DNA of 64,000 nucleotides from Lama guanicoe (taxonomy: Eukaryota): positions 9,432,232 to 9,496,231 of the forward strand of contig MU056000.1 in the NCBI GenBank assembly GCA_013239625.1, read 5' to 3'. Every line of letters begins with the position of its first letter. The first letter of the stretch is position 1. The notes below the pieces were generated by a model. That model saw only the letters and a program-made list of their open reading frames with translations. It did no database searches and had not been told where the DNA came from. Below are positions 1 to 13,210 of this stretch, one piece after another. A program made the position numbers and the translations under genes.

Positions 1-3000
1 ATTTCATATGACAAATAAACTTGCTTATTGTTTTAGCCTAAATACAAAGTTAGATTGGCAACAAAGACATTTCTGTAATAATGTTTATAAGCTCCTTCTT
101 TTGGTTTTGCTTTGAAAACATTGATTCTAGAAAATTCAGCCTCACAGAAATTGGTGGGAGCTAAGAAAAAAATTTTAAAGCAATTTCAGTAAGCTCAAGA
201 TATTCGTATTTTAATTTCATAGAACATATAAAGCAAGTGATTCTGCATTTTAAAAATTCATTTTCATTCCTATACCAGCAGCCATTTCCAATCATTTATT
301 CTGTAAAGTTTTGGTTAAATTTAAATTATCTTTTAGTGAAACTAAGTGGATTCTGGTTTTCATATACTTGTTAGCTATGGTTGACATACTCATCTGGAAA
401 CACCACAAAACAGTAATGAACTCCTACTGTGTGTAACCACTACAGAGTTTGTACCATGAGCATCTTATAAGGAAAGATCTACGACACCTGCACCCATCTG
501 AACCCATCTGTGTTTGTTCGAGGAATGAGTCCACTGATCCCATGTTGGATGTCCTCGTGATACCAAATTGCTATAAAGTTTCTAATCTCTTCTCTTAAAG
601 CTTCTGTTTATCTTTTCCTCAGTCCACTGCCAGCTCCATGTCCACAGTGAGAAGCATTGATCTAGAGAGAGTCCAAGGGTCTGGCTAGAATCCACACTTC
701 ACCAAAGTGCAGAATAGATAGACAGTCACTTACAGCACCAACAGCCTGTATTTTCTGCAACCACGCCTTCATTTTCCATGAGGAACATCTCTCTTTTCTT
801 CTTACTTCAGCTTCACCTCATCTCTATCTTACCCCCATTAAAATCATTTATTTTATTTGCATTAGGATCTTAAAATGTAAGCATTTAATGAGAAGCCATG
901 CACTTCAGCAGGAGAGTGGGAGACTAGAAGTAAAGAAATGACTCTTATTTACAGACCAGGAGGCAGCAGTAGACAGGATAGGTGTGAGGAAAACCAGCCA
1001 TTCTTTCCAACTGGGTAAAGCCATCTTGGCTTTGACAGGTTCTGCCAGGGAAAGTTCCTTTACAGCCACCCTGGAGAAAATTTAGTTTTCTAGGTACAAG
1101 ATAAGAAGACTACTTTTTTCATTGTGGCTTCTTTTTCTTGGCCTATGGTACCCTCTTCAATTAACATTGTCCTTCTAAATGCTCAAGGTGGGATGTGAGA
1201 CTACCTATTGCAGAATTTGAGACCTCTAATACCATCTGGGTAATTGAATTGGCTGGGGGCTCCACAGAACTGTCTGTGCAAAATGAGTAGGTTCTTCTTT
1301 TATTTCTCTTATCTTCCAGGTATTAGAATAAGACTGCCCATATCACCACAGGGTTATAACATCCTATAGCATGTTTTGCTCTTTTAACTACTGACAGTAG
1401 CGCTGAGCTACTTGAGTGGCCTAACTCAAGGCAGATAGATACACAACTCTCCGGTTTGGGTATAATTTTCACTTCATTGTATACTTAGCTCTTTGAAATG
1501 AATGTTCAACCACTGCACTGCCAGGGTACAATGTAGAGAGGTCTGGCAGAGGGGAAAAAATAAGTGTTCATGCATCACATTCAGAAATGAAACCAGATGC
1601 CCTGACAAGACTTGGTGTCTCCATGACGTCACGCTGACACAGAGTTTAGCCCTTTGGAAACTTCTCTTGGACTACTGTTTATGTGGAGTGGTCCAGGCTG
1701 TTCTGAAGATGGTATATTCAATCCTAATTAGCCTCGGTTTCAGAAATTAATCACATTGGAAAGGAAGGTAGACCAAGGTTGCACACTCCCATAATTATTC
1801 ATTCAGGATTCCTTACACTCTATAGCAGCTCTGTAAGTCCAACCTTTTTCCTCTTATTTTCTGTGTTGCAAAAGTGTTATCATGGTGTTTAAAAGTCAGT
1901 CTCATTATTTGACAGAATGTACACTGCTCAAGCTAGCAAATGCTATGGTTCATGAGGAACTAAAGTGTTTTATTTCTTTTGTTTCAAGGTTAAAAATGCA
2001 CTGTGAAGTAGATATTTGCATTTGTTTTCAATGCAATTCATGCAATTCATGAACACAACCCCGGAATAAATTATTGCATATCTGTGAAGTGCAGATGGGA
2101 CTTCTGGCTTCAAAAGGTTCTTAGAATGCTTCTCTGGAAGCAAACAAATTATACTAATTTTACATGTTATTATTTCACACAGGGTGTTGAATGAAATTAT
2201 TACTTACAAAGTTATTGTAACTTTGTGTTTCTATATTTATTGTTATATGAATTTAATCTTCATAAGAAGAGTTGATAATTGTATCAAGTAAGTACTAATT
2301 TCTGCATATTATTTTGTTTTAATCATAAGTTCATTTCACAAAAGGCTATCAATGTCAGATATTTGAGAGGACAAATGTGTAGCTACTCAATTATAAAAGT
2401 AAATGAAGCATTCAAAGAACAAGTACATCTCGTCTATGTATCAGCAAACCTAATTCAATACCCATGTAACCTATCTATTTATCTAGAATTTCCCACCTCT
2501 AAAATACTGAGCAACATAGAAAATAAAGACAACTTCCAAGTCTAAGGAAATAAATGGTAAAATGGAAGAACGGCTCTCATCAGAGTAGATCAGAAAAAGC
2601 AAACAGGAAAATTCATTGATGTTCAGTATTAAATCCCTTCCAAGCTACAAACTTATGATTTAAGACATCAGTTAAAATCATTTACCACTATCCTGCTTTA
2701 ACTTTTGCCACTCTACCCCTGCTAACCATTTGTCCTAGGGCCTTTTAATTAATGTCAATGGGAGGAAAAAGGGGAATTGTAATACAGGAATTTTTATTCT
2801 TCTTCCTTCATAATTACAAAGCCAAAAAGGTATTGTGGCCAAGGTGAGCAAGGGAATCCCAGCTATAGGAACATCTACAAAACGTGGTGAAGTGAAATAA
2901 CATGTGATGAAGGGAAATTCCTCAGAAGAGGATGCCAGTAAGCTAACATACTAGACATCAACTCTTCCATTAAATGAAACAAATAGAATTAACAATTATA

Positions 3001-3011
3001 GCATCTGTGTA

Positions 3012-4395
3012 CCACTTTTTTACACCATATACAAAAATAAACTCAAAGGGATTAAAGACTTAAATGTAAGACTTGAAATCATAAAATTCCTGGAAGAAAA
3101 CATAAGCAGTACACTTGCTGACATCAGTCTTGGTATTTTTTGGATCTGTCTCCTCAGGCAAAGGCAACAAAGGCAAAACTAAACAAATGGGACTATGTCA
3201 AATTTTTTAAAACTTTTGCATGGTGAAGGAAACCATCAACAAAATGAAAAGGCAAGCTACTGAATGGGAGAAGATATTTGCAAATGATATATCCAACAGA
3301 GGTTAATGTCAAAAATATGTAAAGTACTCACACAACTCAATACAAAAAATATCAAATTTAAAAATGGACAGAAGGCTTGAATCGTCATTTTTCCAAAAAA
3401 GACATACAGATGGTCAACAGGCACATGAAAAGATGTTCATCATCACTAATCATCAGGGAAATGAAAAATCAAAACCACAATAAGATTTCAGTTCACACCT
3501 GTCAGAATGGCTATTATCAAAAAGGCAACAAAAAAACAAGTGTTGGGAAGGATGTGGAGAACAGGGAATTCTTGTATATTGTTGGTGGGAGTCTGTTATA
3601 CCACTATGGAAAACAGTATGGAGTTTCCTCAAAAAAATTAAAAATGTAACTGCCTTATGATCCAGCAATTTCATTTCTGGACATTTATCCAAAGAAAACA
3701 AAAACACTAATTCAAAAAGATACATGCACCCCTATGTTCATAGTAGCATTATTTACAGCAGCCAAGATGAGGAAGCAATTTGAGTGTCCACTGATACATA
3801 AATGTATAAAGAAGATGTGAGATACATACATGTGTGTATGTATATATATATATATATGTACACACATGTACACACATACATAAATATATATACATATATA
3901 AACATAAAATGGAATATTACTCAGCCATAAAAAGAATGAAATCTTGCCTCTTGTGACAACATGGATGAACCTAGAAGATAGTATTCTAAGGAAAGAAAGT
4001 CAGAGAATGACAAATAACTTATGATTTCATTTAAATGTGGAATCTAAAAAACAAAATAAATGAACCAACCAAACAAAACAGAAGCAGACTCAGATACAGA
4101 GAACAAACTTGTGGTCGCCAGATAGAAGAGAGCTGGGGGACTGGGCAAAATAAGTGAAGGCGATTAAGAGGTATAAGATTCCACTTGAAAATAAATAAGC
4201 CACACAGATGTAATGTACAGCCTAGGGAATATAGTCAATAATATCACAATAACTTCTCATGGTAACAGATGGCTTCTGGACTTACCATGGTGATGAATGT
4301 ATAATGTGTATAAATGTTGAATCACTATGTTTTATACCTGAAACTAGTATAATATTATATGCCAATTTTAGTTCAATAAAAATGAAATATATATA
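3012..4395 (+). mobile_element. 5'-truncated LINE-1 (L1MA9-like): ORF2 C-terminus and 3' UTR, degenerate
   Basis: ORF 3377-3649 ([28 protein letters not shown]) matches the L1 ORF2 C-terminal region; typical L1 3' UTR ending in AATAAA and an A-rich tail; frameshifts and stops throughout. Confidence 0.95.
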
Positions 4396-4842
4396 AAAGA
4401 AGAAATTCTGTCCACTAACTCGTTATTTTACAAACATCTTTTTAAATTTCACCAAGTGGTCTTTTAAACCAATTAATAACAGGGTAATTCACTAATTAAT
4501 TAAGAGTGAATAATGCAGGTCAAGTTAAATGTGTGCTTTTATTTTGTAAATAACTTGGTGAAAGACAAAAGACATTCAGGCTGGATGATAATTTGAATAT
4601 TAATTCAAGCACAGTCATTACACAGATAAGGATGTTCAGGATATATGATGGTTACACTTCTAATAGCAGAGGCAGATCTGGATCACCAATCTGTGACTCT
4701 TCTAATCCTGCTTTCTCTGTTTCGCCTTCTCTTTAAATCTCAGTTTGTTCTGAAATAGTGACTAACCCATGGGCTTCCCTTGTGATCAACACTGCTGCCT
4801 CTCAATTATGATTTGGATGCAAAAGTGAAGGAGAAAAGGAAA

Positions 4843-5056
4843 TAGTCATTAAGCACTTACTGCACACAGATATTGCACTGCACACCCTTTCACATATGTT
4901 ACATCATAAAATGATTACACCACCCTGTAAGTTATGTATATTTCAATTCTGTTTATTACTGGAGGAAAATGAGACTCAGTTAAAGTACACTGTCCCAAAT
5001 TATAAGGGTAGTAAATATCGCACCTGGGATTCAATGTAAGGTCTGATTGACTACAG
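4843..5056 (-). mobile_element. MIR SINE remnant
   Basis: Reverse complement resembles the MIR core (GAGGAAAATGAGACTCAG...CTGGGATTCAA). Confidence 0.75.
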
Positions 5057-7392
5057 AATGAATCAGCTTTCCATTAAAAGAAAAAGGAGCTAGTACGCAG
5101 ATGAGGCTTTGTGCATTGATTTGGGATCTGAAAACCAATTTCATGGTACTTCTAAAGACAAATGTCCACAGTTATAAGGTGGGGCTAGAGTTCACTGCAA
5201 CCTGATTTCATCCTGTATCCCCGGTTCATAGGACCAAAAACATCTTGGAGTGTGTGTCTCAGTTTGGGGAAAAAGTAGAAATGATTTGATCCAAATCTCT
5301 AACCCAGCTTATATTAAAAATCATGCAAACAGTTACATTTCTTTCCTGTCTTTGTCTAAACCAATTCTATGATGACAACATACCAATAGTAGACCTCTTG
5401 TATTTTTGTCACTTGCAAACCATCATTACCCTCATCATATTAAATCATTACCATTAAAGTAATTGTCATCATGTGTTTAATACAGTAAAAAATATAATGG
5501 CATTTGGAGCAATTGGAAAGTCTTCCATGGGTGTTTTCTCTCATTGTCTCTAACTCAGACTAGAGCAGACCAAAGAGGAAATGTAATGAGAGCAGCAACT
5601 CTAATCAACGACAGTTTGATTACCTTGTGGAAATAATTTTTGAGTCTTCAAAATTATCCAGGGATTTCAAATGCAGGTATGTAACAAAGTAAACATTTTA
5701 TCTCCAAGGCATAGCAATGTTCCCCAGGTGGGTGGAATGGCCAAAGTGTGTGGTGTAGACACTTTTATCTTCTAGATTCTTATTTTCTAGTTCTTATTTT
5801 CAAGGCAGAAAAAAATAATAAATTGACTATAAATAATACATTGACAAGTAACTGGCTATAATCATTTCCTAGGATTTCTAGATTAAAAGTGCCAAGATTG
5901 TTAATATTCTTTTTATATTTTGTAGTAAGATATTTCATCCAAAGAATTTGGAGACTGAGAAGTATACAATTAAAGACCAAGAATTGTGCAGAAATGGAAG
6001 AAGTGAAAAATAAGCAAGTATCCCTAGTGCTTAACAAATGCAAGGAGATCAAGCAAAAAGAAGTACTATTTTATTTATAAAATCACTGACATTTTAAAAA
6101 TTTATTGTCTCAGGGAGGTATGGGCTTAAAGTAAAGATGAGCTCTAGTAATGTTGAAGTAAATGTATGTTTAATAGATAAATATTATTTTGAACGAAAAA
6201 AAAGTGACTTCCAGAGTTACAGTCTCAAATCTTGATACAAAAAACAATACCATATTTTATCAAATTGTGATCTTAATATTTCTACCCAAAGTAAAATTTG
6301 GGGGTATGTGGAAAATGAATCTGATCTAGGATAGTATTTTAATACATCTATTAAATACATTGTTCATTAGAATGATGAAAGATATGCTTAAAGCAAACTC
6401 CAAATATAATTAAATTAGCTGGCATATGTCTAAAGCATTGTCTCAAATTTGTTATTGTAGTTTTTGTTCTGGCAGAGAGATTTCTGTTCTAATGGCATCA
6501 GCAGTAACAAGATTTGGACGGTAAAGATGATCTTTCAGCTTGCAAGTCTTTATTTTAACTGTTTATTTGACTACTGTTACCACATTCAGTTCATGACGTT
6601 GGTAGGGATACACGATTTGTGCCACAAGTGATTCATGAATATTAGGAGCATCTGCTGCAGGAGAACGTCATTAAAACCGCCAGGAGGGTAGCCCGTTTTA
6701 TGGGAAAGTCTCTAATTTTTCTAAAGCACCACTACAAGTTGTAAGCACAATATTAATTTTCCTAAGCATGTTGTAGAACTGCTAAATTGAAGTCAAAATG
6801 TGTTGGCTTTGCAATTTTGAAGGGCATCTAAAATAAAGCGGGAAAGAGACATGTTCTTTATATGAGCAACTTTATGAAAACATAGGAAAAATCTATTACT
6901 CATCCTTCAGTGGAATAATAATGCCCCCCAAAACCAAAGCTGACTCACCATTAGGTGTCTGAGTCTGTATATAGGGTTGTGAATCCCATCTCTTTTATCC
7001 CAAAGCCATGTGCACACACCCATTGCCTATAAACAGTCATAGTTTTATGATTTAGTTACTGTTTATGTTTTTTGTATTGTTTCTTTAGTGGAGAAATAAG
7101 TAGAAATGGGAGCAGAAACAAATTTTAAAGACTGTGCTTCAAAATTATTGACAGTTAAACCAAAATAGTCATCGGATGTTCTAAACGTTCTCTTACTTTC
7201 TTCAATTCAATTTAATCAATTCAAATCAACAAACATGATAATTAACTAGTGAGATACTGTACTAGGTCCTTTAACATAGAAGAATGAACTAACTTTAAGC
7301 CATACTCAGTCAAGAGGAATTATTCTCCAAGGAAAGAAAGCAAATAAACAAAAAATCTCCCTTAGAAAACCACACTGTGCCAATTTTTATGC

Positions 7393-8995
7393 TTTTTATT
7401 GTGGTAAAAACATATCAAAAATTTACCATCTTAATCATTTTTCAGTGTACTGCACGGTAGTGTTAACTGTATTGTGACAGATCTCTAGAACTTTTTCATC
7501 TTGCAGAACTGAAAATCTATATTGAATAACTCTCTATTCCTTTCTTTCCTCGGGCCCAGAAAACCACAATTTTACTTTGTCTCTGACTCCTTTAGAAATT
7601 TTGTGTAAGTGGAATCATACAATATTTGTCTTGTCTGTCTTTCTTTACTTAGAAATGTCTTCAAATGTTGCAGCATATTGCAGAATTTCCTTATTTTTAA
7701 GGCTGAATAATATGCCATTTTATGCATATCCTTATCCATTGATCTGTTAATGGATATTTAGTTTTCTTCTATCTCTTAGCTATTGTGAATAAAGTAGCAA
7801 TGAACACAGATGTGTAACTATCTCTTCAAGAGCCTGTTTTTATTCTTTCAAATGTGTACCCAGAAGTGGGATTATTAGATCATATCAAAGTTCTAGTTTT
7901 GGTTTTTTGGTAAACTTCCATTCTCTTTTCCATAGTGGCTGCACCATTTTGCATTACCCCCAAAAGAATTCAATTCATCTTTTCCAACATTTGTTATTTT
8001 CTCATTTTTCAGAGCGGCCATTCTAATGGTATGAGGTGATATCTCATTGTGGTTTTAGTTTTCATTTCCCTGATAATTAGTGATGTTGCACAACTTTTTT
8101 ATTTTTCATGCTTTTTGGCCATTTGTATATCTTCTTTGGAGATAGGTCAATTTAAGTCATTGTCCCATTTTTTTAACTAATAGGTTTTTTTGTTGTTAAA
8201 AATTTGTAGACATTTTCTATATATTCTGGATATTAATCTCTTATCAGATACATGGGGTGAAATATTTTCTTCCATTCCTTAGCTTGTCTTTTCACCCTGT
8301 TGAGTGTTTTCTTTGCTACACAGAAATATTTAAGTTTGATGTAGTCCCATTTGTTTATTTTTGTTTTTATTTTTTGCTATTTTGGTGTCATATTCAAGAA
8401 ATCATTACCAAATCCAATGTCATGAAGTTTCACCCTAGATTTTCTTCTGGGAACTTTATTGTTGTAAGTCTTACATTTATAACTTTAATCCATTTTGAGT
8501 TAATTTTTCTATAAGACATAAGATATAAGTCTAACTTCATTCTTCTGCATTTGAATGTCAAGCTTCCTTAGCACCATTTGTTAGAGATCATTCTTTCCCC
8601 ATTGTGTAGCCATGACACCCTAATTGAAGATTAATTGACCATACACATCAACTAATGTCCAGAAATGTGACATTTTGATTACTATAGCATTGTAATATTG
8701 GTACTACACTCTAATATTGATTATTAGAAGTCTGTAACATTAATCATGATAGTGTTGTAATATTTTATTACTCTATCTTTGAAATCAGGATGTATAAAGA
8801 ATTAAAAAATGTCATTGAGATTTTGATAGAGATTACACTGAATCTGTAGATCACTTTGGATGGTACGGACATTGTAACAATATTGTCTTCCAATCCATGA
8901 CCAAAGGATGTCTTTCCATTTACTTGTGTCTTCTTTAGTTCCTTTCAAGAATGTTTTGCAGTTTTCAGTGTAAAATGCCTTTGTCTCCTTGGTTG
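7393..8995 (-). mobile_element. LINE-1 (L1MA/L1MB-type) 3' part, degenerate, with internal deletions
   Basis: Starts with the T-rich reverse L1 3' end (TTTTTATTGTGGTAAAAACA...), followed by reverse-strand ORF2 C-terminal sequence. Confidence 0.92.
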
Positions 8996-9377
8996 TCTTT
9001 ATCGATGTTTTTGCTGCATCCCATAAGACGTGAAGTATTTTAACTTCATTTGCTTAACATGTTTTCTGATTCCTGTATGTGTTCTTCTTTCACCCACTGT
9101 TTGTTCAAGAGTGCATTGTTCAATTTCCACATATTTATGAATTTTTTCCTTTTACTATTAATTTCTAGTTTCATTCCACTGGGATCAGAAAAGACACTTG
9201 GTATGATTTTAATCTTCATGAGTTTGTTGACTGTTTTATGGTCTAACAAATAATTTATTTTGTGCCTTTAAGAAAAATATGTATTCTTTTGCTGCAGAGT
9301 GGAGTGTTCTATAAATCTCTTTTAGGTCCAGTTGGTCTAAGGTGTTGTTCAAGTTCTCTGTTTTCTTATTGATCTTC
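8996..9377 (-). mobile_element. LINE-1 ORF2 endonuclease-end fragment
   Basis: ORF 9046-9249 (LDHKT...IIPSVFSDPSGMKLEIN...WKLNNALLNKQWVKEE) matches the L1 EN C-terminal SDH-motif region. Confidence 0.9.
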
Positions 9378-9725
9378 TATTATGATCTGGATGTTTGCCC
9401 CTGACTCTCCAAATTTCATATATTGAAACCTAATGCCCAATGTGATAGTATTTGAAAGTGAGGCCTTTGGGAGGTGACTTGGTCATGAGGGTTGAGCTCT
9501 CATGAATGGGACTAGTGGTCTTATAAAAGAGACCCCCATAGGGCTCCTGAACCCTTTCCATGTGAGGACACAGTGAGAAATTGGCAGCCTTCACCAGAAC
9601 CTGACAATGCTGGTGACTTGATCTTGAATTTCCAGCCTCCAGAACTATGGGAAACAAATTTCTGTTTCGCATAAGCTACCCAGTCTGTGGGATTTTTTTT
9701 ATGGCAGCTGAAATGAACTAAGACA
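9378..9725 (+). mobile_element. MaLR LTR (MLT1A/MLT1A0-like)
   Basis: Characteristic GGCCTTTGGGAGGTGA...CTCATGAATGGGA...CCAGCCTCCAGAACT...AACTAAGACA. Confidence 0.9.
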
Positions 9726-10378
9726 GAAATTTGGTACTAAGAAATAACAATGCTGCTGTAACACAAAAAATGTGGAAGTGGCTTTGGACTTGGTTGTGGG
9801 TAGAAACTAGAAACGTTTTGAGGTGCATGTTAGAAAAAAGCCTACATTGCCATGAACAGACCATTAAAAGCAATTCTAGTGAGGGTTCAGAAGGAGAGGC
9901 AGAGAGTTGTCGAGAAATCCTCTACATAAGTAGAGTCTCTCGGCAGTCATAAACAGAAAATTTGCAGACGTATAGATGGTAAAGCTCACTCTGATGAGGT
10001 CTCAGATGGAAATGAGAAACATATCATTGGAAACTGAAGAAAAGTTAGTTACTGTTGTAAAATGGCAAAGAGCTTGGCTGAATTGTGTTTGTTTAGTAGT
10101 GTTGTATAAAAGGTAAAATTTGTGAGCAATGGATATTTGGATGTTTGGCTTATGAAATTTCTAAGCAAAGTCTAGAAAAAGCTGCCTAATTTCTCTTGAA
10201 TGTTTATATTAAAATGTGTGAAGAAAAAAATTAAAGACAGAATTATTAATCAAAAGGGAAGAAGAGCTTAAAATTTTGGCAAATTTTCAGCCTATTCATG
10301 TTGCAAAAACTGAGAAAAGAGAAGAGAATACTAAGTGTGTGGGCCAAGAGATCCTTTAAGAAGGAGACTAGTGTGGGT
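9726..10378 (+). mobile_element. MaLR internal sequence (MLT1A-int-like), 3'-truncated
   Basis: Immediately follows the LTR with GAAATTTGGTACT...AAAATGTGGAAGTGGCTTTGGA, the typical MaLR-int start. Confidence 0.85.
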
Positions 10379-10379
10379 G

Positions 10380-11060
10380 TGAAAGGCAAAAATGATACGA
10401 TCACATCAGTAGATGCAAAAGATTTGGACGGAACGCCTCCTTTTATGATAAAAACTCTCAGCAAATTGAGTTTTAAGGAAGATACCACAACACAATAAAG
10501 ACCATAATATGACAAGTCCACTGCTAACTCAAAGGTGAAAGGTTAAAAGCTTTTTCTCTAAACTCAAGATCAAGAAAAGCATGCCCACTTTCACTATTCC
10601 TCTCAATATAGCCCTGGAAGTCCTATCCTAACAATTAAGCAAGGAAAAGAAATAAGACACATCCAAATTGGAAAGGAAGAAGTAACGTAATTTCTGCTTG
10701 CAGATGATATGATCTCGTATATATAGAAAACTCCAGAGACTAAACCAAGAACTGTTAGAACTAATAAATAAACTCAGCAAAACTGCAAGGTAAAACAAAA
10801 TAGAGAAATCAGTTCCATTTCTATACACTAACAATGAAATGCCTGAAAAGAAAATACAGAAAATTTCATTTACAATAGCCATCAATAAAGTAATAAAAAA
10901 TAGATTTAACCAAGAAAGTGAAAGTTCTGGTCACTGAAAACTACAAGACTCTGATGAAAGAAACTGAAAAAGAAACAAATAAATAAAAAGATACCTATGT
11001 TCATAAATTAGAAGCATTAATATTGTGAAAATGCCCACGCTACTCAAAGCCATTCATATA
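10380..11060 (+). mobile_element. LINE-1 ORF2 reverse-transcriptase fragment, degenerate
   Basis: KNDTITSVDAK..PFMIKTLSKL resembles L1 RT KNHMIISIDAEKAFDKIQHPFMIKTL; GCAGATGATATGATC (ADDMI) near 10700. Confidence 0.92.
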
Positions 11061-11139
11061 ATCAGATGAAGATCTAGGTCATTTGTTTACATCACTGGGT
11101 GGTGTTTTCTAAACATCTAGCTGACCCCTTTTAATGTGT

Positions 11140-11620
11140 ATTGGATGCCATCCTGGAGGCGTAGATAAACATGGTCTTGAAATTCCAAGAAAGAGATATG
11201 GACCTGGAAATCATCGACATATAAGCAGCTCTTAAAAGTCATGGGCATGGAAAAGATCACTTGGAATAATGTGCAAAGTGAGAAGGTTTGTCACATTGCC
11301 AAGAAACACCAAGAGTTATGTGAAGAAAAATCATCAGAAAAAATAGCCTTGGGAAGGAGCTGTTAGCAAGAAAGAAGGAACGTGAACAGATAGAAGTATT
11401 AAGAAAGTCAACAATAATGTGTCAGTAGAAAAATGAAGTAAGTGAAAAACTGATGAAATTGCTGAACTGGGATATACCTAGACAGAGGGGTGACTGGGTT
11501 ATGTAACAGCCTAATTCCAGTAGGCAGAGGAATGAACAAATGAAAAGTGAAAACAAGAAGAGATATCTTTTTTTTCCCTCCAAGTAGCTTGGCTATAAAA
11601 GGGAGAAATTTAAAGTAAAG
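11140..11620 (-). mobile_element. L2 LINE remnant
   Basis: Purine-rich degenerate sequence resembling reverse-strand L2 (AAGTCATGGGCATGGA..AGATCAC). Confidence 0.55.
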
Positions 11621-11944
11621 AAATTTAAAGATATTTTAAATTTGTGGAGTAGAATATCATTTTTTTTTTTAAATACAAAAGCCTGGAGCACTCTTACTTG
11701 CCAAGGGAAAGGTCCATTAGAGACTGGATGCCATTGTTAAAAGGTAAAACTGTAGGCATTAGTTGTTTGTAGGCAAAAAGCATAATACAGAAACAAGCCT
11801 TAAAGTCTAAAAATCTCAAGTATTATTATTTGTTGTCTCTTTCCATGGATTATATTCTTGCAGATTCATTCAAATTTCTTTCAATTTAGATTCTGAAGTC
11901 ATTTAAATTTCCAGTGATCCAATTCTGTGATCCTCTTCTGCCTT

Positions 11945-13210
11945 TAAAAAAAAATTTTAAATGAGTTTTATTGAATTCTGATTTATATAAAATAAAATTC
12001 ACTAATTTTACTGTACAGTTTGTTGAGTTTTCAAAGTGCATACGATTGTGTAACCACATTTTAGTTGTATGATTTAGAACATTTTTCATTACCTTAAACA
12101 ATTTCCTCAGGCACTTTGCAATCAATTTTCTTTATCCACTTCCTGCCCCGGGCGATCACTGACTTGCTTTCTATCTCTGTAATTTTCCTTTTAGAGAATT
12201 TCATACAAATTGCGGTATACAGAATATAGGCTCTTGAATCTGACTTCTTTTCCTTTACATTAGGTTGCATGTCTCAGCAGTCTCTCTATTTCATTGTCCT
12301 GTAGTATATCATCAAATGAACATGCTACTACTTGTTTACCCACTCATCAGCTGGAGAACTTTTGGCTTGTTTCCAGTTTCTGGCTACTTCTAATAAAGCT
12401 TTCATTGCCGTTCATATACAAGTGTTTGTGTGGACATATGCTGCCATTTATCAGATGACTCTCTAGAAGTAGAATTGCTACATCATATGTTAATTGTCTA
12501 AATTTATAAGAAAGTATACAACTGTCTTTCAAAGTAGTTGTATCATTTTGTGTTCCCATCCATAATTTATTAGTATTCTAGTTGTTCCACATTCTCACTA
12601 ACACTTTTTTTCCTCAGTGGTAATTTTAGCCATTCTAGTAGCTGTGTGGTTCTATATCCTTATGCTTTGTATTTGCATTTGACTCATGACTAATGATGTT
12701 GAACATCTTTTCATGTGTTTATTTTCCATCTGTACCTCTTCTTTGGTAAAATGTCTGCTTAAGTCTTTTGTCTATTTCTTTATCAGGATGTATTGGCACA
12801 ATATTAGTAACTAGAGACTTTATTCAGATTTCATCAGCACTTGTGTGTGTGTGTATATATATATATAGACACACTGTATATGTATGTGTGTGTATAGCTC
12901 TATGTAATTTTATCACATCCATTGATTTGTGTAACCACCACAACAATCAAGATACAGAACTGTTTTATCACCACAAATGAACCCCTTCATGCTACCCTTC
13001 CATGATAACACCTACACAGTCCTGGCAATAAGCAATGATTTTCAAAGAGTAAAAGATATTAATTTGTCAATTATTTTATAGTTCATGTTTCTTACATTCA
13101 GGAAACCTTTTCCTAACCCACGGTTACTACAATTTTCTCCTGGGTTTTCTTCTAAAAGTTTTTTTTCTTATCACACTTATGCTTGACCCATGTCAAGTTA
13201 GATTTTTCTC
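11945..13210 (-). mobile_element. LINE-1 (L1MB7/8-like) 3' part, containing a second L1 3'-UTR fragment at ~12790-13030
   Basis: Reverse L1 3' end (TTTATTGA...TAAAATTCACT...TGTGTAACCAC); a second 3'-UTR-like segment (TTTGTGTAACCACCACAACAATCAAGATACAGAAC) interrupts it. Confidence 0.85.

Noticed and set aside
491..510. Short direct duplications (ACCCATCTG x2; also TGCAATTCA x2 at ~2032 and TTATGGTAT x2 at ~37366)
   Set aside because: Ordinary slippage duplications; no array or spacer structure, so not CRISPR-like.
3377..3725. ORFs resembling real proteins inside L1 (also 14728-15117, 33302-34002, 54517-55093)
   Set aside because: Broken L1 ORF2 fragments or their antisense frames; not host genes and not an active L1.
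3823..3880. Hairpin-forming alternating purine-pyrimidine tract
   Set aside because: Self-complementarity is an automatic property of TA/CA/TG repeats; not an RNA gene.
4771..4785. GGGCTTCCCT (also GGACTTCCCTG at ~53995) resembling the start of CHR/Bov-tA SINEs
   Set aside because: Similarity ends after ~10 bp; no tRNA A/B boxes follow.
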